From positions 11,906 through 75,905 of the forward strand of contig CANNJI010000001.1 of the NCBI GenBank assembly GCA_947504875.1: a stretch of 64,000 bases of DNA. Reading direction: 5' to 3'. The notes beneath the pieces were generated by a model, which saw nothing but the letters and a program-made list of their open reading frames with translations, had not been told where the DNA came from and searched no databases. The translations under genes were made by a program, and so were the position numbers. Of this stretch, positions 10,701 to 21,269 are shown in pieces. This DNA comes from Legionellaceae bacterium. Lineage in GTDB: Bacteria > Pseudomonadota > Gammaproteobacteria > Legionellales > Legionellaceae. The stretch's first letter is position 1. Each line of letters begins with the position of its first letter.

Positions 10701-11219
10701 TCCGCCTCGAACTGCAAATTCGCCGTGTTCAAGCACTTGATTAACAGAGCGATACCCTGCATTGAGTAGATGATCGCGAAATGTATTGACGTCAAACGTT
10801 TGCCCTTCACGTAAAACCAGTGCATGTTGTGCTAAAAACTCCACGGGGCATAATCGATGCATCAATGTGCTTGCTGCAGCAATGACAATGAGGTTCTCAG
10901 GGTTTTGTTGCAGGCGGCTTAGCGCGTATAGTCGGTCTGAAATGATGTCTTGATGCGGTGAAAAACTATCGTAGGGCAGTGTTTCCCAGTCTGGAAATAA
11001 TAAAATGTCTTGGGGCTTTTGTTCAGCATCAGAAAAAAAGAGCAGATCTTCTAAAAGCGCAGAGGCTTGAAGATTATCTGGTGTGATGATGAGTTTAACA
11101 CCAGATGTTGCTTTGCATAATTCAGCAAGTGCTAAGGGTAAACTGCATCCTTGCAGTTGACCCCAGCTTTGTTTGCCTGTTTTACGTTCAGGAATAATAT
11201 TAAACACAGCACTCATCAT
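7764..11219 (-). CDS. mfd: transcription-repair coupling factor
   Basis: 1151 aa. Superfamily-2 helicase motifs GDVGFGKTEVA, DEEHRFG, TATPIPRT, QLHQLRGRVGRS, plus a UvrB-homology N-terminus and a TRG-type C-terminus. Confidence 0.95.
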   Translation of the reverse strand: MMSAVFNIIPERKTGKQSWGQLQGCSLPLALAELCKATSGVKLIITPDNLQASALLEDLLFFSDAEQKPQDILLFPDWETLPYDSFSPHQDIISDRLYALSRLQQNPENLIVIAAASTLMHRLCPVEFLAQHALVLREGQTFDVNTFRDHLLNAGYRSVNQVLEHGEFAVRGGLIDVYPMGSPLPYRIEQFDNTIDSLRRFDPDNQRTIEKTSSISLLPARECPMNEKSIAQFRQAFRERFSGNPSQCPIYESVSQGQFPNGIEYYLPLFYSHTASFFDYLPKQSAVYLIDPILTHAEQFWDEATSRHEQRCNDITRPLLKPSECFLNPTELLTLANTYHPLRLDTHPITKKGNIYNFNINKGPKLPIERLAETPLNQLKSYLDQHSGFRSVIIAESAGRREVLLDLLKKSGVQVTVQPSWSAFKHNTAQINLLIGSLQEGAEFIDSRFIIIVESQLYGEQRTPQRRQQQKIVDPDLIIRDLAELHINSPVVHLQFGVGRYQGLQTFETDGIQNEFLILTYAGGDKIYVPVTSLHCISRYTGSENAPLHRLGSEEWQKERKKAALKIHDVAIELLDIYAKRAAKPGYVYHYDKDEYNRFANAFMFDETQDQQQAIYQILDDMRSDKPMDRLICGDVGFGKTEVAMRAAFLAVQNGKQVCILVPTTLLAGQHHETFRDRFAEFPVQIELLSRFRSAKESEKVIASLKSGQTDIVIGTHKLFQKNIEFKNLGLLIIDEEHRFGVKQKEHINALRTDIDILSMTATPIPRTLNMAMAGIRDISLITTPPAKRLAIKTFWQERQDGVLREAIVREISRGGQVFFLHNNVQTIMRVAQELEKLIPEAKIHIAHGQMRERDLERIMSDFYHHRFNVLVCTTIIETGIDIPTANTIIIDGAHQLGLAQLHQLRGRVGRSHHQAYAYLLTPNEKQITPDAVKRLEAIVSLEDLGAGFTLATHDLEIRGAGELLGAEQSGNMHAIGFTLFMEMLDKAVSDLKAGKIPELNAPLHQGPEIDLRLSAIIPDDYIGDVHERLIMYKRISNAVHLDVLRQLKIELIDRFGLFPESVKHLFLITELKLFAEKIGVTRIHATEQQARIEFKADANINPRVLIQLIQVHAKRYQLDGPTKLRATLTGETGEARITEIQALLKQLAEQ

Positions 11220-11222
11220 CGA

Positions 11223-13895
11223 TTATTTAATCTGACGAAGCACATACTGCAATATGCCACCATTTTTATAATATTCGAATTCATTGGCTGTATCTATACG
11301 ACAAATCACAGGAACTTTAATCGAACTTCCATCTTCTCGAGTAATTATAACCTCGATGGTTGAACGTGGTTTTATTGTTTCTTGAATACCAATACTTATG
11401 CGTTCACGTCCAGTTAAGTTCAGTGTTTTACGGGTGGTTCCTGGTTCAAATTGCAAGGGCAACACACCCATTCCAATAAGATTTGAACGATGAATACGCT
11501 CAAAACTTTCAGTAATGACTGCTTTAACACCTAAGAGTATTGTACCCTTGGCAGCCCAATCACGTGAAGATCCAGTGCCATACTCCTTTCCAGCAATGAT
11601 GACTAAATCATGGTGATTGGCCTGATATTTCATCGCCGCATCATAAATAGGTAACACTTCGCCACTAGGGATGTATTCAGTAACACCGCCTTCAATTGTG
11701 GGTGTCATTTCATTGCGGATTCGAATGTTTGCAAAGGTACCGCGCATCATGATTTCATGATTGCCTCGTCGAGAGCCGTACGAGTTAAAATCAGCAACAG
11801 GCACACCTTTTTCAATCAGATAACGACCAGCAGGTGAATCAGCTTTAATAGAACCAGCAGGTGAAATATGATCTGTTGTGATGGAATCACCAAAGAGCGC
11901 AAGTACGTAGGCATTTTCTATTGACTTAAGTGGCGCAGGTGATGCGCTTAAGTTTTGGAAAAAAGGAGGATGTTGAATATACGTTGAGTCGTTATTCCAC
12001 GTATATGTTGTCCCTGAGCCTGTATCAATAGCTTGCCAGTCAGCATCACCCTTAAATACATTTGAATATTCGTGTTGGAACATTTGAGCGTTAACTTTCG
12101 CAACTTCATGAGCCACTTCAGCGTGCGTTGGCCAGATGTCTTTAAGAAAAACGGGTGTTCCTTGTTGATCAATACCAAGGGGCTCTTTTGTTAAATCAAG
12201 TTGTGTTGTTCCTGCTATAGCGTAGGCAACAACAAGAGGAGGAGACGCTAGCCAATTTGCACGAACCTGCGGATGAACACGGCCCTCAAAATTACGATTA
12301 CCCGATAGAACAGAGCATACCACCAGATCATTGTCGGTAATAGTTGTGGCAATGGGTTCAGGTAATGGACCAGAATTTCCAATACACGTTGTGCAACCGT
12401 AACCGACTAGATTAAAGCCGAGCGTATCGAGATAGGTTTGCAATCCGGCTTTAATTAAATAATCCGTCACAACTTTTGAGCCAGGTGCTAAGGAAGATTT
12501 AACCCAAGGTTTACGTTGTAATCCCTTTTCAAGCGCTTTTTTTGCAACAAGACCCGCCGCCATCAATACACTCGGATTTGATGTATTGGTACAACTTGTG
12601 ATGGCTGCAATGACAACATCGCCATGATGCAGCGTATAAGGTTCATTTTTAACGAGAAAGTCTGTTGTGCGCTCGTTTTGTTTGCCACTTTGCGTTAAAA
12701 AAGCATCAAACTCAACGGGAAGGGTGGTTAAGTTCACTTTGTCTTGAGGGCGTTTAGGGCCTGCAAGCGATGGCTCTACTGTACCAAGGTCTAAGGTTAA
12801 GCTGTCAGTGAAGACTGGGTCAACACTGTCTGCATCATACCAAAGGCCTTGCGCCTTGCTATACGCTTCAACCAATGCGATGGTGTGTTTATCACGACCC
12901 GTTAAACTTAAATAGCGTACAGTTTCTGCATCAACAGGGAAAAATCCACAGGTTGCGCCATACTCTGGTGCCATGTTAGAGATGGTTGCTCTGTCTGCAA
13001 GTGGCAATTGAGCAAGGCCTGGGCCATAAAATTCAACGAATTTTCCTACAACCCCTTTTTTTCGTAACATTTGGGTTACAGTTAACACCAAATCGGTAGC
13101 TGTTATCCCTTCATTTAAATGACCCGTCAGTTTGAATCCAATAACCTCAGGAATAAGCATAGATACAGGTTGCCCAAGCATGGCGGCTTCAGCTTCAATA
13201 CCACCAACACCCCAACCCAATACACCCAGTGCATTGATCATGGTGGTGTGCGAGTCTGTTCCAACCAAAGTGTCGGGATACGCATACGTTTTTCCGTCTG
13301 TTTCTGTTTGCCAGACTGTTTTTGCAAGGTATTCTAGATTAACTTGATGGCAAATACCGGTGCCTGGTGGTACGACTTGGAAATTAGAAAATGCCTTTTG
13401 TCCCCAACGTAAAAACTTGTAACGTTCATTGTTACGTGTCATTTCAATGGATGTATTCACTTGCATTGAATTTTTAGTTGCAAATTGATCAACCATAATG
13501 GAGTGATCAATGACTAAATCGACGGGTGATAAAGGGGATATTTTTTGTGGATTACCCCCCATGGATTCAATTGCATCACGCATGGCAGCGAGATCAACCA
13601 CAGCAGGGACGCCAGTAAAGTCTTGCATTAAAACCCGAGCAGGTCGATATGCAATTTCATGTTCAGAAGTTTTTGTGTTGAGCCAACCAGCCAATGCGTG
13701 GATATCTGTTGTCGTGACGGTTTTTCCATCTTCAAATCGTAATAGGTTTTCGAAGAGTACTTTTAACGCGTAAGGTAGACGACTTATGCCAGGAAAATGG
13801 TTGTTTTCAGCCTCTTTTAAACTGTAGTATTGATAAATTTTTCCATCTACATTCAATTGACGTTGTGTATTCAGTGTATCTTGACCAACTTTCAT
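11223..13895 (-). CDS. acnA: aconitate hydratase A
   Basis: Start set at MKVGQDTL (AGGAG 7 nt upstream). The track ORF adds 13 residues. Aconitase motifs include [26 protein letters not shown] and the swivel-domain [13 protein letters not shown]. Confidence 0.95.
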   Translation of the reverse strand: MKVGQDTLNTQRQLNVDGKIYQYYSLKEAENNHFPGISRLPYALKVLFENLLRFEDGKTVTTTDIHALAGWLNTKTSEHEIAYRPARVLMQDFTGVPAVVDLAAMRDAIESMGGNPQKISPLSPVDLVIDHSIMVDQFATKNSMQVNTSIEMTRNNERYKFLRWGQKAFSNFQVVPPGTGICHQVNLEYLAKTVWQTETDGKTYAYPDTLVGTDSHTTMINALGVLGWGVGGIEAEAAMLGQPVSMLIPEVIGFKLTGHLNEGITATDLVLTVTQMLRKKGVVGKFVEFYGPGLAQLPLADRATISNMAPEYGATCGFFPVDAETVRYLSLTGRDKHTIALVEAYSKAQGLWYDADSVDPVFTDSLTLDLGTVEPSLAGPKRPQDKVNLTTLPVEFDAFLTQSGKQNERTTDFLVKNEPYTLHHGDVVIAAITSCTNTSNPSVLMAAGLVAKKALEKGLQRKPWVKSSLAPGSKVVTDYLIKAGLQTYLDTLGFNLVGYGCTTCIGNSGPLPEPIATTITDNDLVVCSVLSGNRNFEGRVHPQVRANWLASPPLVVAYAIAGTTQLDLTKEPLGIDQQGTPVFLKDIWPTHAEVAHEVAKVNAQMFQHEYSNVFKGDADWQAIDTGSGTTYTWNNDSTYIQHPPFFQNLSASPAPLKSIENAYVLALFGDSITTDHISPAGSIKADSPAGRYLIEKGVPVADFNSYGSRRGNHEIMMRGTFANIRIRNEMTPTIEGGVTEYIPSGEVLPIYDAAMKYQANHHDLVIIAGKEYGTGSSRDWAAKGTILLGVKAVITESFERIHRSNLIGMGVLPLQFEPGTTRKTLNLTGRERISIGIQETIKPRSTIEVIITREDGSSIKVPVICRIDTANEFEYYKNGGILQYVLRQIK

Positions 13896-13947
13896 CGTGT
13901 GGCTCCTGAAATGAAAAGTTGAATCATACCGCAAAATACTAAATGTT

Positions 13948-14694
13948 TCATTCAGATTTTCGGGTGTGCAGCACTTGTGGCTCGTCTTGTGTATTCCTCA
14001 CCACGCGAGCAAAAAAGATCTCAATGATATGTGCAATCATGTTCTTTAAAATGCGAGCGCGAAATCGTTGTTCTTGATCAGGACGTGTGTCAAAGACCTT
14101 TGCCAAATTTATACTTGGGCAGTCGACTATGAGATCAGTGAGTTTGATGTCTTGGGGTGTCATTAAATAGGTTGTTTTTGTTTGTGCATAATAGGGTTTG
14201 TTTGTGCCTATACAGCTATGCTTTGTTTGTGAGGACATCTCAGCCCATCCTTTATACTGATTATTTTCAGTAATTTCCAATCCATTTTCAGTGCTTTTTA
14301 AATCAATTCTCATTTCAGGTTGGCTTAAACCAATATTTGTTCCATGTGTTCTTTCGGTCATGGCACTGCTGGTGGCATGAAATAAGCCGCCTTGATATCC
14401 AAGCGCTAATACCATTTGGGTCAGTGCTTTTTTTTCGGCCTCATCTTGTTGCAGCATGAAAAGCTTTTCTTCAATAAATATTGTTAATTCTTCCAATGAG
14501 TTAAAATGCTCAGGATGTAACACGGATAGTTTTTCCCCGTTGATGTAATAGGTGCAAGATTTTCCCGCGTCAATATGTCTATTCCAATCACTCATTGTTG
14601 TTTTAGGTGCGTTATTATCTTCTTTAAATAGATTCTCTTGCGTTTTAAATAAACCAAGATTTTGATGTTTCCAATAGTCTCTATCATTCATCAC
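13948..14694 (-). CDS. hypothetical protein (orphan, no recognised domain)
   Basis: 248-aa uninterrupted ORF between acnA and the exonuclease gene. No signal peptide or motif I can name. Confidence 0.45.
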   Translation of the reverse strand: MMNDRDYWKHQNLGLFKTQENLFKEDNNAPKTTMSDWNRHIDAGKSCTYYINGEKLSVLHPEHFNSLEELTIFIEEKLFMLQQDEAEKKALTQMVLALGYQGGLFHATSSAMTERTHGTNIGLSQPEMRIDLKSTENGLEITENNQYKGWAEMSSQTKHSCIGTNKPYYAQTKTTYLMTPQDIKLTDLIVDCPSINLAKVFDTRPDQEQRFRARILKNMIAHIIEIFFARVVRNTQDEPQVLHTRKSE

Positions 14695-14824
14695 ATGACT
14701 CCATCAATGATCATGCTTAAACTATAGTTTAGGTTTAAATATGTGTCAAAAATAATCAGTTTTATTTTTGTGTAACACCCCGCGTCATTTTTCATTTTGT
14801 TTGGTGTCAGTGGTGGAGGGTAAT

Positions 14825-15592
14825 CTATTGAATAAGATCACAAAAATCTTGGAGATGCGGTTTATTTTCTGATTTGAGCATATTTTTTAAGGACTCAAGC
14901 TTATCTAAATAGGCCTCTTCATTCAAAAGGCCCCGCATACGTTCAAATCTTAAATATACGCAATAGGTATTTAACACGTCGGTTTCACAGTAATTCCGTA
15001 TGTCAGTGATTTTACCTGTTGTGTAGGCTTCAAATACTTTTGAGCCACTCATCCCCATTTTTCCTGGAAACCCGAGCATGGTTGCAATGTCATCCAGTGG
15101 CGCAAAAGCTTTATTTTGATAGGCGGCAAGCACGTCCATTAAATCTAAATGACGATAATGAAAACGGTTTAAATAGTTGTTCCAGCGAAATGCTTGTTGA
15201 TTTTCCCCAACCTCCCAATAGGTTTTTGACTCAATGCCATGCAACAGTGCACGATAATGTAAAACGGGTAAATCAAATCCACTGCCATTCCAACTCACCA
15301 ACGTTGGCGTATGTTTTTCAAGCCCTTTATAAAATCGCTGAATCAGTTCTGCTTCTTGAGTTGTTTCATCACCAAGTGACCACACTTTAACTTGGGAGCC
15401 GTGCGCCATGACCAAAGATATGGCGATGATTTTTTGTAGGTAATGGGGTAAGAAATCATTTCCGGTTTTTTCACGGCGTAAAGCAAAGAGTGCTTGGGCT
15501 GTATCTTCATCGCTTAAGCCATCTAAATGATATAGTTTACGTCCTGATTCAAGATCTGGAATGGTTTCAATGTCAAAAACTAATATAGTCAT
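14825..15592 (-). CDS. predicted 3'-5' exonuclease related to the PolB exonuclease domain
   Basis: ExoI-like VFDIETIPD at the N-terminus, SWNGSGFDLPVL (ExoII-like) and YCETDVLNTY (ExoIII-like). Confidence 0.65.
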   Translation of the reverse strand: MTILVFDIETIPDLESGRKLYHLDGLSDEDTAQALFALRREKTGNDFLPHYLQKIIAISLVMAHGSQVKVWSLGDETTQEAELIQRFYKGLEKHTPTLVSWNGSGFDLPVLHYRALLHGIESKTYWEVGENQQAFRWNNYLNRFHYRHLDLMDVLAAYQNKAFAPLDDIATMLGFPGKMGMSGSKVFEAYTTGKITDIRNYCETDVLNTYCVYLRFERMRGLLNEEAYLDKLESLKNMLKSENKPHLQDFCDLIQ

Positions 15593-15697
15593 TTCGATGC
15601 CTTGTCTTCAAATTAATTCTATCATACCAAAAATTATTAACGGTGAAATTGTTTGTTGTGGCCTCTTATGGTAAAAGTAAGAATCTTTTTTTGTTAA

Positions 15698-16294
15698 TTG
15701 AGATTTACGTTACTTATGTGGATAAAAAAATCTATTGTTTTACTGTTGGTTCTTTTTTTGATTGGTTGTGTGTCACCACCGCCACGGGATGTTAATAATA
15801 TTTGCAGCGTATTTAGGCAATACCCTCAATGGTACAGGGACGCAAAGGATGCCGAGCGTCGTTGGCGGGTGCCTGTGCCTGTGCAAATGGCCATTATGCA
15901 TCAAGAGTCAAAGTTCGATGCGCAAGCGAAACCAGGACGAAAAAAATTACTGTGGGTCATTCCTTGGACGCGTCCTACAACAGCATATGGCTATACACAA
16001 GCATTGAACGGTACATGGCGGCACTATAAATTATCAACGGGAGGTTTGTTTGCATCGCGTGAGAGTTTTAGCGATGGTGTTGATTTCATCGGTTGGTATG
16101 CCAATATGGCAAACCGTAAAGCTGGAATTTCTAGAAGTAATGCATATGCGCTTTATCTAGCCTATCATGAAGGTGTCGGGGGCTATATGAATAAATCATA
16201 TTTACGCAAGCCGTGGTTAATACAAGTAGCGCATAAAGTTGACGCGCGCTCTCGAATTTATCAGGCACAGCTTAATCATTGTGGTAGGAGATAA
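15698..16294 (+). CDS. lipoprotein with lytic-transglycosylase-like (SLT) motif
   Basis: Lipobox LFLIGC. MHQESKFDAQAKP (catalytic Glu-Ser) and YGYTQAL resemble an SLT domain. Alternative ATG start at 15716. Confidence 0.5.
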   Translation: MRFTLLMWIKKSIVLLLVLFLIGCVSPPPRDVNNICSVFRQYPQWYRDAKDAERRWRVPVPVQMAIMHQESKFDAQAKPGRKKLLWVIPWTRPTTAYGYTQALNGTWRHYKLSTGGLFASRESFSDGVDFIGWYANMANRKAGISRSNAYALYLAYHEGVGGYMNKSYLRKPWLIQVAHKVDARSRIYQAQLNHCGRR

Positions 16295-16298
16295 ATAG

Positions 16299-16964
<666 letters not shown>

Positions 16965-16971
16965 CGGTTAA

Positions 16972-17069
16972 AGTGCGGCACAGATGACTTGATGCCGATT
17001 AAGCGCACTAAACTCGCTGTGCTCAGACATAGTGCGCTTACCTGTTCATCACGTCATCTGTGAAGGACT
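16972..17069 (-). repeat. palindromic intergenic repeat (REP/MITE-like), copy 2, inverted relative to copy 1
   Basis: AGTGCGGCACAGATGACTTGATG...TCATCACGTCATCTGTGAAGGACT. The internal sequence aligns with the reverse complement of copy 1 (CCGATTAA.CGCAC...CTCGC...GCGCTTACCTGT). Confidence 0.8.
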
Positions 17070-17090
17070 ATGAATAACAAGGAGTAGTGT

Positions 17091-17462
17091 ATGTCCCAAT
17101 CTGAGTTGATTAAAGCAGTTAAAGCGTCTGATTTTGAATCGTTTATCATGGCGAATTCAATTGTTTTTGTGGATTTCTGGGCGACGTGGTGCGCTCCGTG
17201 CATGCAGTTTTCTGCTGTGTATGAAACGGTGGCAAAGGAATATCCTTCGATTGTTTTTGCTACAGTTAATATAGAGCATGAACCCTCTCTTGCAGAACTT
17301 TTTTCTATTCGCTCTATTCCTCATTTAATGGTCTTTAAAGAAGGAATTGCAATTTATTCCGAGTCGGGTTCAATGCCAGCATCAACCTTAAAAGAATTGG
17401 CGGATCAGGCTTTGCTGGTTGATGTGAGTACCATTCGTGAAGCAACGGATGATAAGGCCTGA
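17091..17462 (+). CDS. thioredoxin-family protein
   Basis: WATWCAPC redox motif in a thioredoxin-length fold with a ~15-residue C-terminal extension. Confidence 0.85.
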   Translation: MSQSELIKAVKASDFESFIMANSIVFVDFWATWCAPCMQFSAVYETVAKEYPSIVFATVNIEHEPSLAELFSIRSIPHLMVFKEGIAIYSESGSMPASTLKELADQALLVDVSTIREATDDKA

Positions 17463-18952
17463 GTTATATCTATTGATGCGTTTAAGGATAAATAATCTTT
17501 GAGCGCACCGAGGGTATCATTTTTTACGGTTAATCCTAGTTTTGTTCGTCTCCAGAGAATATCTTCAGCAGTGGTTGCCCATTCTTTTTTGATTAAATAA
17601 TCAACTTCAGCTTGAAAAAGCGTATCCCCAAAGTCTACGCCTAAAGACAGCACGTTTTTGTAAGGTGTCAGAATATCTTCAGTACGTAATCCATAGGTTT
17701 TGATGTAGCGCTCGAGTAATGGGTCAGACACGAAAGGGTATTGTTCTTTAAGGTAAGTTTGATAAGCATCAAGTTCAATATCACCCAACAGCGCGCCAGG
17801 CAGCTTGGTCGTGCTTGTATTGGAGGCAGGTAATGTCGGAAAAACAGGGCTTAGCTCATCGATAATGTCTTCTGCGAGTTGTCGATAAGTTGTGATTTTC
17901 CCGCTGATGATACTGACAACAAATGCTGGTTTTTTCGATAGTGTATACATATAGTCGCGGCTCAACGCCGTGGGGCTTGCATGGTTGTTAGACACGAGGG
18001 GGCGTAATCCTGTCCATGTCGTGATGCAATCACTGGGTTTGATCTGGCTATTGAGATAGCGATTGGTCACATCACATAAATAGTTGATTTCATCTGGCTC
18101 AACAGTAATGCTGAGCGGATCCCCAGTGAAATTTTTTTCTGTTGTACCAATAAGCGTATTTCCATGAAACGGGATCATAAAAATAATGCGCTCTGTTGTA
18201 TCTTGAAGTAAATAAGCATGTTCACCCTCATAACATTTGGGCACAACAATATGGCTTCCTTTAATGAGCGACATGGGCGTTTGTTCTATATGGAGCAATT
18301 GATTGATTGCGTTTGCCCAAGGGCCAGCGGCATTAATCACAACCTTCGTGCGTATTTCAAACAAAAGGTTGGTTTTGGTTTTAAAGGTTAAATGCCATTC
18401 GTTTGTTTCAGAGACAGCATGAACAAACTGGGTGTTTGTCAGTATAGTCGCACCTGCTTTTTCAGCCTGTAGCGCGTTTTCAATGACTAATCGAGCATCG
18501 TCAGTTTGGCAATCGTAGTATAAAAATCCTTCGTTAAGATTATCTTTTAATGGCTCAAAAAACAGGGGGTCTTTTTGGCGGTTTAGTCCGTGATGATTCG
18601 GTAAAGTATTGCTGGGGCTTAAGTGATCATATAAAAATAGTCCAGCATGGAGTTGCCATTTGGGGTGGGTATTTTCTGTGTGGGGTAACACAAAGGGGAG
18701 TGGCTGAATTAAATGAGGAGCAATATTGAGTAAGCGTTGTTGTTCATCCAATGCTTTTTTTACAAGCATAAAATCAAAATGCTCTAAATATCGGAGCCCG
18801 CCATGTATGAGTTTACTGCTGCTGGATGAGGTTTTTGAAGCCAAATCATCTTGTTCACATAACAGCACAGAGAGTCCACGAAGTGCAGCATCAGCTGCGC
18901 AGCCTGCACCATTGATGCCGCCACCAATAATCACAACGTTAAAATATTGCAT
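17405..18952 (-). CDS. glpD: FAD-dependent glycerol-3-phosphate dehydrogenase
   Basis: N-terminal VVIIGGGINGAGCAADAALRG dinucleotide fold followed by SSSSSKLIHGGLRYLE, typical of GlpD. 3' end overlaps the convergent thioredoxin gene by 58 nt. Confidence 0.85.
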   Translation of the reverse strand: MQYFNVVIIGGGINGAGCAADAALRGLSVLLCEQDDLASKTSSSSSKLIHGGLRYLEHFDFMLVKKALDEQQRLLNIAPHLIQPLPFVLPHTENTHPKWQLHAGLFLYDHLSPSNTLPNHHGLNRQKDPLFFEPLKDNLNEGFLYYDCQTDDARLVIENALQAEKAGATILTNTQFVHAVSETNEWHLTFKTKTNLLFEIRTKVVINAAGPWANAINQLLHIEQTPMSLIKGSHIVVPKCYEGEHAYLLQDTTERIIFMIPFHGNTLIGTTEKNFTGDPLSITVEPDEINYLCDVTNRYLNSQIKPSDCITTWTGLRPLVSNNHASPTALSRDYMYTLSKKPAFVVSIISGKITTYRQLAEDIIDELSPVFPTLPASNTSTTKLPGALLGDIELDAYQTYLKEQYPFVSDPLLERYIKTYGLRTEDILTPYKNVLSLGVDFGDTLFQAEVDYLIKKEWATTAEDILWRRTKLGLTVKNDTLGALKDYLSLNASIDITQALSSVASRMVLTSTSKA

Positions 18953-19082
18953 TGAGCGTTCCTTTGCTTGTTGCTCTTAACAATAACATTGTATAGGAGC
19001 TCTGTGAATTTAGATAGAAGTTGCTCTTTGCTGTGTGCATATGATACAAGAATAGATAGATCTCATTGTTTTAAAAAATAAA

Positions 19083-19832
19083 TTGAACTTAAATGAGCAA
19101 AAAAATAAGTATCGTACACTTGAGGATTGGTTTGAGACGCCTCAGGGTATTTATGCGTCTGCTGCATTTACCTCAATATTATCTTCTTATGTTGATCAGC
19201 TAAAGGGGGCGACTTTATTACAAATAGGCGCTGGTTTTGATAGCCCTTGGCTTGATATGTTAAGTTTTCGTCGAAAATGGGTTGTGTCTCCGTGTACTGA
19301 TTCAGCCCATTCGAATCTTGTTGCAAAGCCTTTGGCTTTACCTTTTGAAAGAAATAGTATGGATTGCTTGATAGCACCCTTTGGTATTGAGGCTCAGGGG
19401 GTTGAAAAAAGTCCATTAGATGAGTTTGATCGCATATTAAAACCGATGGGGCATCTTGTTCTGTGGGGAATTAATCCGCTGAGTTTTTGGGGGTTATGTT
19501 TGCGCATGCATGGCTTAGATTTTTTTGGCGATCAAACGGCAACGTTAATGTCTCCTTTTGTTGTAAGGCAGGCTTTAGTGCGCAGAGGATTTCGACATTG
19601 CGCCATGAATACGTTTTACTATATTCCGCCGTTTAAAAATGAACGATTCATTCAGCATTTAAAGTTTTTAAATGAAATCGGTAAAATGATAGCGCCAATG
19701 CCTGCAGGCTTTTATTGTCTTATTGTTCAAAAATATCAAGAATCACCCATTGGACTTCAACGGTCGCGCCGTTTTCGTTTTAGATTACCTGAGCAAGGTG
19801 TGCTTCAGGGGGGGGCGAGTTGGAGGAAATGA
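19083..19832 (+). CDS. putative SAM-dependent methyltransferase (YafS-like)
   Basis: TTG start in track. LLQIGAGFD glycine-rich motif I-like segment and overall length resemble YafS-type methyltransferases. Weak assignment. Confidence 0.45.
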   Translation: MNLNEQKNKYRTLEDWFETPQGIYASAAFTSILSSYVDQLKGATLLQIGAGFDSPWLDMLSFRRKWVVSPCTDSAHSNLVAKPLALPFERNSMDCLIAPFGIEAQGVEKSPLDEFDRILKPMGHLVLWGINPLSFWGLCLRMHGLDFFGDQTATLMSPFVVRQALVRRGFRHCAMNTFYYIPPFKNERFIQHLKFLNEIGKMIAPMPAGFYCLIVQKYQESPIGLQRSRRFRFRLPEQGVLQGGASWRK

Positions 19833-19993
19833 GTCCGCACTATAACCCACGTTACTCGGTATCGTAATGCTGTTGCCTCGTGATTTAGGGCGCCCATTGA
19901 AAATTGGATCCCGGAATTTCATTGGTGAGATTACACTGCGTAACGTGAATGAGAAATTAACAAGATTTTCTCGGGTTAACGCCTAGAATCTAT

Positions 19994-20092
19994 AGTGCCT
20001 TCCATATGACGTGATGAACAGGTCAGCGGGCTCTGTCTGAGTACCGCGAGTTTAGCGCGCTTAAACGGTCATCAAGTGAATTGTTTGGCACT
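19994..20092 (+). repeat. palindromic intergenic repeat (REP/MITE-like), copy 3
   Basis: AGTGCCTTCCATATGACGTGATGAACAGGT.AGCG...GGTCATCAAGTGAATTGTTTGGCACT. Same orientation as copy 1, with degenerate termini. Confidence 0.8.
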
Positions 20093-20117
20093 ATTGGTTT
20101 GATTTATCAAAATTATA

Positions 20118-20148
20118 ATCACGGCTTGTCTGTATCGCAAGCCGTGAT
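20118..20148 (-). terminator. hairpin terminator downstream of nrdB
   Basis: 11-bp perfect stem ATCACGGCTTG / CAAGCCGTGAT. On the minus strand it is followed by TTATAATTTTGATAA. Confidence 0.55.
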
Positions 20149-20154
20149 GAAAGT

Positions 20155-21252
20155 TTATTCCCAGCTGAGTGTTCCACCGGCTTGATATTCAATAACACGG
20201 GTTTCAAAAAAGTTTTTCTCTTTTTTAAGATCAAGCATTTCACTCATCCAAGGGAAGGGGTTCTCTGCACCTGGATATTGTTCTGGCAGCCCAATTTGTG
20301 CGAGCCTTCGGTTGGCGATAAAGTGCAAGTACTCTTCAAACATACCCGCATTCATGCCTAAGATACCGTGTGGCATGGTATCTTTTGCATATTGATATTC
20401 CATTTCAACACCATCTCGAATTAAGTTGATGATGTCTTGTTTGAAAGCATCTGTCCAAAGGTGTGGATTTTCAATTTTAATTTGATTAATCACATCAATG
20501 CCAAAATTCATGTGCATGGATTCATCACGTAAAATATATTGAAATTGCTCAGATGTTCCGACCATTTTATTGCGTCGTCCCATGGATAAAATTTGGGTGA
20601 AACCAACGTAGAAGAAAATTCCCTCAAATATCACATAAAATGCAATGAGATCTCGCAATAAGCGTTGATCATCTTCTGTTGTGCCTGTTTGAAATAATGG
20701 ATCCCCTAAACTTTGTGTGAAAGGGAGCGCCCAAGAGGCTTTTGCCGCAACAGAAGGGATTTCACGATACATATTGAATACTTCTGCTTCATCCATCCCT
20801 AAGCTCTCAATAATGTATTGGTATGCATGGGTATGTAATGCTTCTTCAAATGCTTGACGGAGTAAATATTGTCTACATTCAGGATTTGTTATGTGGCGAT
20901 ATACAGCCAAAACCAAATTATTGGCGACCAATGAATCTGCGGTTGAGAAAAAACCAAGATTTCGTTTGATGATCAAGCGCTCATCCTCTGTCAGTCCGTT
21001 AGGGGAGTTCCAGAGCGCAAGATCAGCACTCATGCTGATCTCATTTGGCATCCAATGATTTGCACAGGCTGTGAGGTATTTATCCCAGGCCCACGTATAT
21101 TTGAAAGGAACCAGTTGATTAAGATCTGCCCTGCAGTTGATGATTTTCTTATCATCAACTCGAATTCGATCAGCCCCCATTTCAAGCGATTCCAGTCCTG
21201 TTGCGCCAATAGGCGCGTGTGTTGTTTCTCGTTCAATCAGTGTTGTTGTCAT
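20155..21252 (-). CDS. nrdB: ribonucleoside-diphosphate reductase beta subunit
   Basis: Start set at MTTTLIERE (GAGGAG upstream). Di-iron/tyrosyl radical motifs [20 protein letters not shown] and [10 protein letters not shown]. Confidence 0.95.
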   Translation of the reverse strand: MTTTLIERETTHAPIGATGLESLEMGADRIRVDDKKIINCRADLNQLVPFKYTWAWDKYLTACANHWMPNEISMSADLALWNSPNGLTEDERLIIKRNLGFFSTADSLVANNLVLAVYRHITNPECRQYLLRQAFEEALHTHAYQYIIESLGMDEAEVFNMYREIPSVAAKASWALPFTQSLGDPLFQTGTTEDDQRLLRDLIAFYVIFEGIFFYVGFTQILSMGRRNKMVGTSEQFQYILRDESMHMNFGIDVINQIKIENPHLWTDAFKQDIINLIRDGVEMEYQYAKDTMPHGILGMNAGMFEEYLHFIANRRLAQIGLPEQYPGAENPFPWMSEMLDLKKEKNFFETRVIEYQAGGTLSWE

Positions 21253-21269
21253 CTTTGTATTCTCCTCGC

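Noticed and set aside
13896-13934. 13-codon extension of the acnA ORF
   Set aside because: An AGGAG Shine-Dalgarno sits immediately before the internal MKVGQD start. The extension ([13 protein letters not shown]) is not aconitase-like.
19833-19993. Possible second structured or mobile element next to REP copy 3 (CACGTTAC ... GTAACGTG inverted repeat 84 nt apart)
   Set aside because: There is only one 8-bp inverted repeat and no second copy in the window. This is not enough evidence to call an element or an RNA.
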